Shown here: positions 50,215-59,830 of the stretch, piece after piece | How positions within the stretch are numbered: position 1 is the first letter of the stretch | Layout of the letters: the number at the start of each line of letters is the position of its first letter | From: Coprobacillus sp. CAG:698 | Lineage (GTDB): Bacteria; Bacillota_I; Bacilli_A; ML615J-28; CAG-698 | NCBI GenBank assembly: GCA_000431235.1 | Contig: HF988734.1 | Location: 92 to 64,091, forward strand | DNA: 64,000 bases | Reading direction: 5' to 3' | The notes under the pieces: model-generated | What the model was told of the DNA's origin: nothing | The model's input: the letters and a program-made list of their open reading frames with translations, nothing else | Databases searched by the model: none | Made by a program: the position numbers and the translations under genes

Positions 50215-51543
50215 ATGATTAATTTTGAAAAAGAATATTTGAAATATAAAAATGAAATTATTGATGAAACTATGAAACTTATAAACATTCCTAGTGTACT
50301 AAACGAAAATGAAGAAGTTGAAGGCAAGGTTTATAAATTTGGATATAATAACAAATTAGCTTTAGATTACTTTTTATCTTTAGCTAGTAAAATGGGCTTT
50401 AAAACAAAAAACATAGAAAATGTTTGTGGACATGTTGAGTATGGTGAAGGTGAAGAAATTTTTGCGTGCTTATGCCATTTAGATGTTGTGCCTGCAGATG
50501 GTGATTGGAATAATCCACCTTTTGAGTCATGGATTGAAGATGGAAAAATCTTTGGAAGAGGATCATCTGATGACAAGGGCCCTGCTGTAGCTTCGCTTTA
50601 CGCACTAAAGGTTTTAAAAGATCTTAATGTGAAACTAAAGAGAAGAGTTCGTTTAATTGTAGGTACAGATGAAGAAACGTATTCACGTGGTTTAAAGAGA
50701 TATTTAGAAGTAGAAGAAAAACCAACATTAGGAATATCTCCTGATGCAGACTTTCCTATTATTTATGGTGAAAAAGGAATAGCCTCTTTAATGATAAAGT
50801 CTAAAAATGAAAGTGGTATTAGAGCGGTTGGAGGAGTTAGATATAATGTAGTTGCTCCATGGACAAAAGTTAAAAAAACTATCGATACAAAATATTTAGA
50901 GGATTTATCAAATGTAACTTGTGATAATGATGAGTATTATATAGAAGGTAAGAGTGCTCATGCAATGGAACCAGATAATGGAATTAATGCTATTAAAGAT
51001 TTTGTTAAGGCATCTTATAAAAAATTAAATAGTAAATTCATTGATTTTATATATGAAAATCTTATGAATACAAGACTTAAAAGTATGGGCTTAGATGTGA
51101 GATCTGAGGAAATGGGCGATCTTACAATGAATATTGGTTTATTAAAAATGGATGAGAACTGTGAATTAGGTATTAATATAAGATATCCTAATGTTCTTGA
51201 TTTTGATAACTTTGTAAATAGTTTCAAAGAAAAAGCAGCCCAATATGGTCAAGAAGTTGTAGTGGTAAGTAACACAAACCCTCATTATGTAAATCCAAAC
51301 TCTGACTTTATCAAAACATTACATGCTTCATATATAAAATATACAAACGATAATTCCCCACTTAAAACAATAGGTGGAGGTACATATGCTCGTGATATAC
51401 CTAATGGCGTTGCATTCGGAGTTAAATTTCCAAATGAAGAAGAAATGGCCCATGAAGCAAATGAATTTATTAGAATTGATAGTTTAATAAAAGCAGGAAT
51501 CATCATAACTGATGCTATTTATAACGTCAATAAAGAGGATTAA
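50215..51543 (+). CDS. pepV: M20-family dipeptidase (PepV/Sapep-like).
   Basis: HLDVVPA and SSDDKGP motifs. RBS GAGGTG. Confidence 0.8.
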   Translation: MINFEKEYLKYKNEIIDETMKLINIPSVLNENEEVEGKVYKFGYNNKLALDYFLSLASKMGFKTKNIENVCGHVEYGEGEEIFACLCHLDVVPADGDWNNPPFESWIEDGKIFGRGSSDDKGPAVASLYALKVLKDLNVKLKRRVRLIVGTDEETYSRGLKRYLEVEEKPTLGISPDADFPIIYGEKGIASLMIKSKNESGIRAVGGVRYNVVAPWTKVKKTIDTKYLEDLSNVTCDNDEYYIEGKSAHAMEPDNGINAIKDFVKASYKKLNSKFIDFIYENLMNTRLKSMGLDVRSEEMGDLTMNIGLLKMDENCELGINIRYPNVLDFDNFVNSFKEKAAQYGQEVVVVSNTNPHYVNPNSDFIKTLHASYIKYTNDNSPLKTIGGGTYARDIPNGVAFGVKFPNEEEMAHEANEFIRIDSLIKAGIIITDAIYNVNKED

Positions 51544-51544
51544 T

Positions 51545-52177
51545 ATGAGATTACGAAAGGTTAAGAACGTTGAAGAAAAAATAAAAGAATATGAAGGGTT
51601 TATCATTTTTGAGCCTGAGTCAAAAAAAGGTTCTTGGCATAAACTTTTCGGTAATAATAATCCTATACATATGGAAATAGGTATGGGAAAAGGAAAGTTC
51701 ATTATGGAAATGGCCCAAAAAAATCCGAATATTAATTATATTGGATGTGAACTGAGTGAAAGCATAATATACAAAGCAGCCAAAAAAATGGTCGGAATTC
51801 CTAATTTACTATTAATAAATTATGATGCTTTAAAGTTAGATTCTGTTTTTGAAAAAGGTGAAATTAGCAAAATATATCTTAATTTCAGTGATCCATGGCC
51901 TAAATCTAGACATGAAAAACGAAGACTAACTAGTGATGCTTTTTTGAATGTTTATGAGAAAATATTAAAAGACAATTCAGAAATAGAGTTTAAAACGGAT
52001 AATAGAGGATTATTTGAGTACTCTGTGATATCTTTAAATAAAAAGGGATATGAGTTTCTGGATATATCATTTGATTTACATAACAGTCAAAAAGAAGATA
52101 TCGTAACTACAGAATATGAAGATCGTTTCTCACAAATGGGAAATGTAATATATTACATAAAAGTGAAGGTGAAATAA
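51545..52177 (+). CDS. trmB: tRNA (guanine46-N7)-methyltransferase.
   Basis: MRLRKVKN... with an SAM-binding EIGMGKG motif. RBS AAGAGGA. Confidence 0.85.
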   Translation: MRLRKVKNVEEKIKEYEGFIIFEPESKKGSWHKLFGNNNPIHMEIGMGKGKFIMEMAQKNPNINYIGCELSESIIYKAAKKMVGIPNLLLINYDALKLDSVFEKGEISKIYLNFSDPWPKSRHEKRRLTSDAFLNVYEKILKDNSEIEFKTDNRGLFEYSVISLNKKGYEFLDISFDLHNSQKEDIVTTEYEDRFSQMGNVIYYIKVKVK

Positions 52178-53221
52178 ATGAATATTGAATTATACAAAAA
52201 AATATCATCAATGCATGGCCCAAGTGGCAATGAACATAATATGAAAGCATATATGAAAGAAGCACTAAAAGATGCTGATGAAATTTTAGAAGACCGTATG
52301 GGAGGAGTTTTTGGAGTATTCAAAGGAGAAAAAGAAGGACCAAAGATTATGATATGCGCTCATATGGATGAAGTAGGTGCAATTATAACTGATATCACGA
52401 AAGATGGATTTATGAAAATAACAAGCATTGGCGGTGTTAATCCAGAAGTATTAGTATCTTCAAATGTAAATATTGAAACAAAAGATGGAAAATTAATTAA
52501 GGGAGTAATCAGTTCAATCCCTCCACATATTTCCAAAGATAATAAACTTGCAATCGAAGATTTAACACTTGATATCGGAGCAATAAGTGATGAAGAAGTT
52601 AGAAATTTAGGAATCGAAATAGGATGTTTTGTATCACCTGTAGATTATTTCTATGTAACTGAAAACGGAAAACGAATGGTAAATAAAGCTTTTGATGATC
52701 GTATGGGTTGTGCAATAGTTTTAGAATTAATTGAAGAAATCAAAAACATAAAGCATCCTAATACAATTATTTTAGGTGGAACTGTTCAAGAGGAAGTAGG
52801 ATTACGTGGTGCACGAGTTGCAACTCCACTTGTAAACCCTGATTTATTCTTGACAATTGATGTGAGCCCGATGATGGATTATTTAGGAAAACCAAATGAA
52901 GGCGCACTTGGAAAAGGCTTTTTGTTAAGATACTTTGATCCTGGTTGTATAATGCCATTAAAGTTAAAGAATTATATCATATCACTTTCTGAAAAGAATA
53001 ATATCAAATACCAAATGTTTAGATCAAGAGGTGGAACTGATGCTGGTGCGGCACAGTATGCAGGGTATGGAACTCTCGCAACAACTTTAGGAGTACCAGG
53101 AAGATATATTCACTCTCCAGCATCAATGGTAGATTTAGATGATGTTAATTCAGTAAAAGAAATTGCCAAAAAGATAATTGAAGATTTTGATAATGATAAA
53201 TTGAAAGAAATATTAAATTAA
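52178..53221 (+). CDS. M42-family glutamyl aminopeptidase (FrvX/YsdC-like).
   Basis: N-terminus MHGPSGNEH, plus HMDEVG and DDRMGCA motifs. Confidence 0.85.
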   Translation: MNIELYKKISSMHGPSGNEHNMKAYMKEALKDADEILEDRMGGVFGVFKGEKEGPKIMICAHMDEVGAIITDITKDGFMKITSIGGVNPEVLVSSNVNIETKDGKLIKGVISSIPPHISKDNKLAIEDLTLDIGAISDEEVRNLGIEIGCFVSPVDYFYVTENGKRMVNKAFDDRMGCAIVLELIEEIKNIKHPNTIILGGTVQEEVGLRGARVATPLVNPDLFLTIDVSPMMDYLGKPNEGALGKGFLLRYFDPGCIMPLKLKNYIISLSEKNNIKYQMFRSRGGTDAGAAQYAGYGTLATTLGVPGRYIHSPASMVDLDDVNSVKEIAKKIIEDFDNDKLKEILN

Positions 53222-53284
53222 GAAAAAAAGTTGACACTATTATTTAGTGCCAATTTTTTTAATAAACTGATAAAAATTATTTAA

Positions 53285-53313
53285 TTGAAACCAAATCAAA
53301 AATATGATAAAAT
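53285..53313 (+). promoter_or_regulatory. Promoter: TTGAAA, 17 nt, then TGaTAAAAT.
   Basis: Read directly from the sequence, upstream of AAAGGAGG and the DJ-1 gene. Confidence 0.45.
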
Positions 53314-53339
53314 AAAGACAAAAAAAGGAGGACGTCAAA

Positions 53340-53882
53340 ATGAAAGGATTAATAATACTTGCAAATGGATTCGAAGATACAGAAGCTCTAACAACTATTG
53401 ATATATTATCAAGAGCAAAAATTGCTTTAGATAAGGTAAATATGGAAAGCAGTAAAGAGGTAGTAACACAATATCAAAATGTAGTTTTAGTACCTCTTAA
53501 GTTTGATGAGATTAGTGAAGATGACTATGATTTTCTAATAATACCTGGAGGAAAAGCTGTAAAAGAAAAATTATATAATGATAAAAGAGTAGAGAAACTT
53601 GTTAGAAAATATGCTAGTGAACAGAAATTAATATGTGCAATATGTGCAGGACCAATGGTAATAGGTAAACATGGATATTTTGCTAACAAAAAGTTTACGT
53701 GTTTTTCTGGCTGTGAAAAAGGAATATCAGGAATATATACTAATGAAGGAGTAACTGTTTCTGGGAACTTCATTACTGCAAAATCAATGGCATACACTAT
53801 TGAGTTTGCTCTAGAAATTGTGAAAAAATTGCTTGGAAAAGAAACAATGGAAAAAGTAAAGAAGAGCATTTATTCATTATAA
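53340..53882 (+). CDS. DJ-1/PfpI family protein.
   Basis: Class I glutamine-amidotransferase-like fold with the nucleophile elbow AICAGP. Confidence 0.8.
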   Translation: MKGLIILANGFEDTEALTTIDILSRAKIALDKVNMESSKEVVTQYQNVVLVPLKFDEISEDDYDFLIIPGGKAVKEKLYNDKRVEKLVRKYASEQKLICAICAGPMVIGKHGYFANKKFTCFSGCEKGISGIYTNEGVTVSGNFITAKSMAYTIEFALEIVKKLLGKETMEKVKKSIYSL

Positions 53883-53894
53883 AGAGGTGTTAAA

Positions 53895-54809
53895 ATGAAA
53901 AAGGTAAAGAAATTATGGATTGTTGTTGGTATTGGAATAATGATATTTTTTATGATTATTCTAATATCAGATATAATTGCTGCTGGAGAAAAAATAAGAA
54001 AAATAAGTCCATACTTAGAATATGGCTTTTATGTATTAACTGTTCTTTTGTTTTATTTTCTAATTTTTAACCCTTTAAGAATAATTTTGTTCTCACCAAG
54101 TTTTTCAATTGTAACGGTTGTAGATGAAGAAAATGAAAAGAACTTAAAAGTATATAAAAGAATTGTAAAAACATTAAAAGATGCCAAAAGCATTAATGAG
54201 GATGATGTTAAAAGGTTAGAAAGCTGTGAAACATCTGGGGAACTACGTGAAGAATTAAGCTTAGTATTTAATTCATCTATAAAAAAAGAAATAAATCGTA
54301 TTATTAGAAAAAATGCAAAAACAGTTTTAGTATCTACAGCAATATGTCAAAGTGGGAAATTAGATATGTATACTGTTATCAGCATAAACATTAAAATGAT
54401 TAAAGAAATAGTTGTTAAATGTGGATTTAGACCAAGTTATCCTAAACTTGGAAAACTTGCTGTCAGAGTCTTTTCAACTGCACTAATAGCAGAAAGTTTA
54501 GAAGGACTAGACTTTTCTGACATTTTTCCTCAATCAACTGTTAACTATTTAGCTGATGTTCCATTAGTTAAACCTATAGCAACAAGTTTAATCGGAGGAA
54601 TCTCTAATGCCCTTTTAACACTAAGAGTTGGAGTAGTAACAAGGAATTATTTATTCTCTGAAGGAAAACTAAACAAAGATGAAATAAGAACAAAAGCCAT
54701 CAAAGAGTCATTAAAAATTATACCTGGAGTTATAAAAGATGCTTTTGCTTACTTTCCAAATAAAATAATTAAAGCTTTTACCAAAAATAAAACAGAAGAA
54801 ACTGACTAA
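53895..54809 (+). CDS. Hypothetical membrane protein.
   Basis: N-terminal TM helices. No assignable family. Confidence 0.45.
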   Translation: MKKVKKLWIVVGIGIMIFFMIILISDIIAAGEKIRKISPYLEYGFYVLTVLLFYFLIFNPLRIILFSPSFSIVTVVDEENEKNLKVYKRIVKTLKDAKSINEDDVKRLESCETSGELREELSLVFNSSIKKEINRIIRKNAKTVLVSTAICQSGKLDMYTVISINIKMIKEIVVKCGFRPSYPKLGKLAVRVFSTALIAESLEGLDFSDIFPQSTVNYLADVPLVKPIATSLIGGISNALLTLRVGVVTRNYLFSEGKLNKDEIRTKAIKESLKIIPGVIKDAFAYFPNKIIKAFTKNKTEETD

Positions 54810-54839
54810 AATATTTAATTAATCATATACTAAAAATAG

Positions 54840-55643
54840 GTGATTAAATTGTTTGTTGATTGTGTTTTTGAAGGTGGAGGGATAAAAGGATTAACATATG
54901 TTGGTGTTTTAGAGTATTTTGAAGAAAATGGATTTCAGGTTCATAAAGCAGTAGGAACAAGTGTCGGTGCGATTTTCGCAGCTTTAGCAGTTGCAAAATT
55001 TTCTGTAAAAGAAATCAAAGTGATTATTGAAAGTCTTGACATAAAAACAATAATTTCTCGAAATAAATTTGTTACGTCTATAAAAGGCTTAGGAATGAAT
55101 AACATATATGAACTTGAAAAAAAACTCGATGAAATATTAAAAGCCAAAAACATATCTACATTTAGAGATATAAAGTTCGGAAATGATTATCGTTTGAAAG
55201 TAGTAACAACAGATTACAAGTTGAGAAAAGAAGTAGTCATTCCCGATGATTTGCCTAAGTATCATATTGATAAAGATTCATTTAAAGTAAGCAAAGCTTT
55301 AGCAATGAGCGCTTGCTTGCCATTAGTTTATTCGATTTATGAATATCATAATTATAAATTTATTGATGGAGGAGCAACAAATAAATTTCCAATTGAATTA
55401 CTAAGTAATTCTAAAAATCCTATTGTTGGATTAAAGATAGGAAAAGACAATCAGATTATAAAATCATTCCAAAACAAAGTTTTTAAAAGCTCCGATGAAA
55501 AAAAAGAAATAAACAATTCTTTTATAATCAAAATTGACACATTAGGATTAAGAGCAAGCCAATTCTCTAAAGGTCTAGATAATAAAGAAGATTTATACAA
55601 AGCAGGGTATTTAAGTATCAAAAATTATTTTCGTAATTTATAA
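54840..55643 (+). CDS. Patatin-like phospholipase. The start may instead be the TTG at 54849.
   Basis: GGGIKG oxyanion motif, GTSVG nucleophile elbow and a catalytic Asp in DGG. Confidence 0.8.
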   Translation: MIKLFVDCVFEGGGIKGLTYVGVLEYFEENGFQVHKAVGTSVGAIFAALAVAKFSVKEIKVIIESLDIKTIISRNKFVTSIKGLGMNNIYELEKKLDEILKAKNISTFRDIKFGNDYRLKVVTTDYKLRKEVVIPDDLPKYHIDKDSFKVSKALAMSACLPLVYSIYEYHNYKFIDGGATNKFPIELLSNSKNPIVGLKIGKDNQIIKSFQNKVFKSSDEKKEINNSFIIKIDTLGLRASQFSKGLDNKEDLYKAGYLSIKNYFRNL

Positions 55644-55705
55644 AATTATATTGAAGTAAAAGACAAAATATGGTACAATATACCCAAAACGAGGCGGTGA
55701 AAATA

Positions 55706-58417
55706 ATGGGAGACAAAAAAACGGATTCTTCAAAAATTAAAAAGAAAAGAATGCTGATTGAGGAAATTGATTCAGAGAATGAAGAAAAAGAAAAATTAGA
55801 AGAAAAGGTTGAAGTAGTTGTTCGTGATGATGAAACTTCAAAGAAATTAGAAGCTTTAAAAAAACAAGCAGTAGCTAACAAACCTAAGAAATATACAAGT
55901 GAAGAAAAAGACAATAGTGTAATGGAAGAAGAAACAGTAGTGGATGAAAGCGTCGAAAGATTTTTAGATGTTGATATCAGTGAAGGCTTAAATGATGAAC
56001 AAGTAAACAAAAGAATAGAACAAAAACTAACAAATGATACGAATGATGGAAAAGGAAAATCAATATTAGAAATTGTTTTAAGTAATATATTTACTTTCTT
56101 TAACATTTTATACTTTATCATTTTTATAGCTTTAATTCTTTTACAAGAAAAACAAATTACAAATTATTTCTTTGTCCTTGTAGTTACATTTAATTTAGGT
56201 ATCGGAATATATCAAGAAATAAAAGCAAAAAAGACTGTTGATAAAATGAAAATAATGTCAGCACCAACTGCTTTAGTAATAAGAAATGGAAAGAAATTAG
56301 AAATTCCAGTAAGTGAAGTTGTGCTCGATGATATAGTAATGTTCTCTTCAGGAAAGCAAATATGTGCTGACTGTATAGTTTTAGAAGGAAATGTTGAAGT
56401 TAACGAAGCATTGTTAACTGGTGAATCAGATGCCATTATCAAACAACCTGGAGATAAATTATTTTCTGGAAGTTTTTTATCAAGTGGAACTTGTGTTGCC
56501 CGTGCTGATCACGTTGGTAAAGACTGTTTCATAGAAAAGATGAGTGCTGATGCCAAAAAATACTCACCACCAAGATCAGAATTGTTGAAGACATTAAAAA
56601 CTGTAATAAAAATAATTTCAATTTTAATATTCCCAATTATTGTATTATATGTTACTGCACAACTGGGAACCCAATTTTCTGAATGGAATTTAGAAGATGT
56701 TAGAAAAACTCTTAAAGATTCATCATTTATAATTCTTGCAATGATACCATCAGGATTATTCTTGTTAACTAGTGTAGCATTATTTGTGGGTGTAGGTAGA
56801 TTAAGTAAAAACAATACTTTAGTTCAAGAATTATATTGTATTGAGATGCTTGCTCGTGTTGATGTTTTATGCCTAGACAAAACAGGAACAATCACAGATG
56901 GAACAATGAGAGTATGTGATTGTGTTGAAGTTAATAATCATACAGACTATACAATCAGGGAAATAGTTGGTTCAATGATGAATGCGTTTGAAGAGACAAA
57001 CCCAACAAGCGAAGCCTTGATTAAATATTTTGATAAAAATAATGTTTTAACCCCTCAAGAAGTTATTCCTTTTTCTTCGAAAAGAAAGTATAGCGCAGTT
57101 ACTTTTGTTGAAGAAGGAACATTTATTATTGGAGCTCCTGATTTTGTTATTAAAGACCAATATGATAAAATTAGTGCTAAAGTAAAAAGATTCTCAGAAC
57201 AAGGATGCCGTGTTTTAGTCTTAGGTTTTGTTTCCTCAAAACTAAAAGCTGAAGAACTTCCTAAGAATGTAAAACCAATAGCCATTATTGTTATTCAAGA
57301 TCATATACGTGAAGATGCGAGTGATACAATAAGTTTCTTCAAACAAAACAATGTCGACATAAAGATAATTTCTGGTGATAATCCAGAAACAGTATCGAAA
57401 ATTGCTGATCGAGTTGGCGTTGAACATGCTGATAGATGGATAAATCTAAATGGTATGACAGACGAAGAAATCGAAGAAAAGGTATTCGAGTACACTGTTT
57501 TTGGCCGTGTTACGCCAAGTCAAAAGAAATTGATTGTAAAAGTATTGAAGAAAAATGGTAAGATAGTAGCAATGACCGGTGATGGAGTTAATGATATTCC
57601 TGCTTTGAAAGAAGCGGATTGCAGTATAGCAATGGCCTCAGGAAGTGAAGCAACTAGATACGTTTCGCATTTAGTACTATTAGATTCTAACTTCTCTTCA
57701 ATGCCAAAAGTTGTTAATGAAGGAAGACGTGTAATAAACAATATTCAAAAAACATCTTCACTTTATCTTACAAAGAATCTATTTGCAATGTTACTTGCAA
57801 TTATGTACATAATTATAGGATTTTCAATTGATAAGAATTTCACATATAATAGATCATTTCCACTTCAAGCAAGTCATTTATTCTTAGTTGAAACAATTAT
57901 TTTGGGATTCGGTACAACTTGTTTAGCAATGCAACCAAATACACAACTTGTAAGTGGTAAGTTTATTTCTAATGTCATAAAAGAAATTCTTCCAGGAGCT
58001 ATTACGGTTTTACTATTCCAAATAATACTATTCTATGTCCAACAAATCCCTGCTAATGGTTCTCTTTTATTCCCTCATTTTGCTGATTCTCAAAGTAAAT
58101 ACTTTGTCTTTGAAACAATCTCGGCTCTAGTTATTACAGCAGTTATGCTTATGTGCTTTATTGAGGTTTGTAAACCATTTAATGGATTCCGTAAAATAGT
58201 TTTATCAATTATTATAGTATGTATTTTAGTTGTTCTAGTGGTTCCAGATTTAAGTGTGAAATTTAAATTTATGTTCTCTAACTTTACTGGTACGGAATGG
58301 CTATTATTAATAATCTTGCTTCAAGCAGCTTATCCTGTTATGATATGTGTTAAATTCATTCTTGGATTATTACATATAATACCAATGGATAAAAAAATGA
58401 GAGATTTATATCACTAA
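55706..58417 (+). CDS. Cation-transporting P-type ATPase (P2/P3-type) with a highly acidic N-terminal extension of about 130 aa.
   Basis: DKTGTIT, TGD and GDGVNDIPALKEAD motifs. Start at the ATG after GGTGA. Confidence 0.85.
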   Translation: MGDKKTDSSKIKKKRMLIEEIDSENEEKEKLEEKVEVVVRDDETSKKLEALKKQAVANKPKKYTSEEKDNSVMEEETVVDESVERFLDVDISEGLNDEQVNKRIEQKLTNDTNDGKGKSILEIVLSNIFTFFNILYFIIFIALILLQEKQITNYFFVLVVTFNLGIGIYQEIKAKKTVDKMKIMSAPTALVIRNGKKLEIPVSEVVLDDIVMFSSGKQICADCIVLEGNVEVNEALLTGESDAIIKQPGDKLFSGSFLSSGTCVARADHVGKDCFIEKMSADAKKYSPPRSELLKTLKTVIKIISILIFPIIVLYVTAQLGTQFSEWNLEDVRKTLKDSSFIILAMIPSGLFLLTSVALFVGVGRLSKNNTLVQELYCIEMLARVDVLCLDKTGTITDGTMRVCDCVEVNNHTDYTIREIVGSMMNAFEETNPTSEALIKYFDKNNVLTPQEVIPFSSKRKYSAVTFVEEGTFIIGAPDFVIKDQYDKISAKVKRFSEQGCRVLVLGFVSSKLKAEELPKNVKPIAIIVIQDHIREDASDTISFFKQNNVDIKIISGDNPETVSKIADRVGVEHADRWINLNGMTDEEIEEKVFEYTVFGRVTPSQKKLIVKVLKKNGKIVAMTGDGVNDIPALKEADCSIAMASGSEATRYVSHLVLLDSNFSSMPKVVNEGRRVINNIQKTSSLYLTKNLFAMLLAIMYIIIGFSIDKNFTYNRSFPLQASHLFLVETIILGFGTTCLAMQPNTQLVSGKFISNVIKEILPGAITVLLFQIILFYVQQIPANGSLLFPHFADSQSKYFVFETISALVITAVMLMCFIEVCKPFNGFRKIVLSIIIVCILVVLVVPDLSVKFKFMFSNFTGTEWLLLIILLQAAYPVMICVKFILGLLHIIPMDKKMRDLYH

Positions 58418-58425
58418 AATTATTA

Positions 58426-58458
58426 ATACTGATACTAACCCTATCAGTATTTTTATTA
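58426..58458 (+). terminator. Terminator after the ATPase gene.
   Basis: ATACTGATA-ctaaccc-TATCAGTAT followed by TTTTATT. Confidence 0.6.
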
Positions 58459-58464
58459 AATTAT

Positions 58465-58493
58465 AAAAAAACATTTACTTTTTAAAAAAAATA
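58465..58493 (+). promoter_or_regulatory. Promoter of the rpsF-ssb-rpsR operon: TTTACT, 17 nt, then TGtTATAAT.
   Basis: Read directly from the sequence. Confidence 0.5.
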
Positions 58494-58560
58494 TGTTATA
58501 ATATAACGTAATGAAATTGTAAAATTTCATCCTTGCTTCAATAGAAGCCCAACGACCAGA
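58494..58560 (+). promoter_or_regulatory. Structured rpsF 5' leader, a candidate S6:S18 autoregulatory element.
   Basis: Hairpin ATGAAATT-gtaa-AATTTCAT within the 80-nt leader. Confidence 0.35.
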
Positions 58561-58574
58561 AGGAGGTGCGAAGA

Positions 58575-58856
58575 ATGAAAACTTATACAGGTATGTACAT
58601 TATTCGTCCAACACTAACTGAAGAAGGATATCAAAAAGTTATAGCTGATATCAATGCTATTTTTACTGACAATGGTGGTAGTATTCTTGAAGTTAATGAA
58701 TGGGGAATTCGCGACATGGCTTATGAAATCAATGATTTCAGAAAAGGCTATTATGTAAAATTTGTAGTTAACGCTACAAAAGAAGCTGTTGCTGAATACG
58801 ATCGTATTTGTAATATCAAAGAAGATATTATTAGACACATTCTAGTTAAAGAATAA
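58575..58856 (+). CDS. rpsF: 30S ribosomal protein S6.
   Basis: YIIRP motif. RBS GGAGGTG. Confidence 0.9.
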   Translation: MKTYTGMYIIRPTLTEEGYQKVIADINAIFTDNGGSILEVNEWGIRDMAYEINDFRKGYYVKFVVNATKEAVAEYDRICNIKEDIIRHILVKE

Positions 58857-58882
58857 TTTCAAAATCATAAGGAGAAAAGAGA

Positions 58883-59392
58883 ATGAATAGAGTTATCTTA
58901 GTTGGCAGACTAGTAAAAGACCCAGAATTAAGAAAAACAAACAATGATATTGCTGTGGTTCAGTTTACACTTGCTGTAAATAGAACATACTCTCGTAATG
59001 GTGAAAGAACAGCAGATTTCATCAATTGTGTTGCTTGGAGAACTCAAGCTGAGAATCTTGCAAAATATATGCGTAAGGCAAGTCAAATTGGTGTAGAAGG
59101 CCAATTACAAGTTCGTACATATGAAGATAGTACTGGTGCTAAAAGATATGCTACTGAAGTAATATGCGACAATATTCATTTCCTAGAAGCAAAGAATACA
59201 CGTGATGGTGGAGGCTTTTCAGATGTAAATACTTATGATATTCCCGACTATCAAGGTGGAGGCTTTGACGATGTATTTGGTGCAGTAAAAACTACACCAA
59301 GTGTGAATACAAAATCACCTAATCAGATAGAAGATCCATTTGCAAACTTAAAAACAAAAACGGGTGTATCTGATGATGATTTACCATTTTAG
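58883..59392 (+). CDS. ssb: Single-stranded DNA-binding protein.
   Basis: OB fold with a C-terminal acidic tail DDDLPF. Confidence 0.9.
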   Translation: MNRVILVGRLVKDPELRKTNNDIAVVQFTLAVNRTYSRNGERTADFINCVAWRTQAENLAKYMRKASQIGVEGQLQVRTYEDSTGAKRYATEVICDNIHFLEAKNTRDGGGFSDVNTYDIPDYQGGGFDDVFGAVKTTPSVNTKSPNQIEDPFANLKTKTGVSDDDLPF

Positions 59393-59410
59393 TAAACAGG
59401 AGGTATAAAA

Positions 59411-59638
59411 ATGGCAAACAATTTTCGTGGTAAAAGAAAAAAGACATGCTATTTCACTGATAATAAAATTGAAAAAATAGATTGGACAAACGTTGAAATT
59501 TTAAGAAAGTTTGTTTCTGATCGTGGCAAAATTCTTCCTCGTCGTATAACAGGAACTAAAGCTATTTATCAAAGAGAATTAGCAGTAGCTATTAAACGTG
59601 CTCGTCATATGGCATTATTACCATTCGTTAGAGAGTAG
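59411..59638 (+). CDS. rpsR: 30S ribosomal protein S18.
   Basis: Conserved S18 core. Confidence 0.9.
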   Translation: MANNFRGKRKKTCYFTDNKIEKIDWTNVEILRKFVSDRGKILPRRITGTKAIYQRELAVAIKRARHMALLPFVRE

Positions 59639-59660
59639 TTTAATCATAAACAAAAAACAA

Positions 59661-59686
59661 ATGTCCTTGAAAAAGGACTTTTTTTG
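59661..59686 (+). terminator. Terminator of the rpsF operon.
   Basis: GTCCTT-gaaaa-AAGGAC followed by TTTTTTT. Confidence 0.6.
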
Positions 59687-59779
59687 TATAGACTTTCGAT
59701 GAGGAAAAAAGTGCTTAACAATTACTTTAATCTTATGACGATTATAATCATAAAATATATTAAGAAATAAAATTAATGA

Positions 59780-59808
59780 TTTTATTTTTAATAATAATGT
59801 GATATAAT
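59780..59808 (+). promoter_or_regulatory. Promoter with a TGTGaTATAAT extended -10.
   Basis: The same 13-mer as the efp promoter. Upstream of RBS AGGTGA and gdpP. Confidence 0.4.
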
Positions 59809-59830
59809 AGTTATGAATAGTTAATTATAG

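Noticed and set aside
55618-56121. 167-aa Ser/Phe-rich minus-strand ORF.
   Set aside because: It is antisense to the poly-acidic N-terminal extension and first TM region of the P-type ATPase. It has no RBS and its composition is the mirror of GAA/AAA codons.
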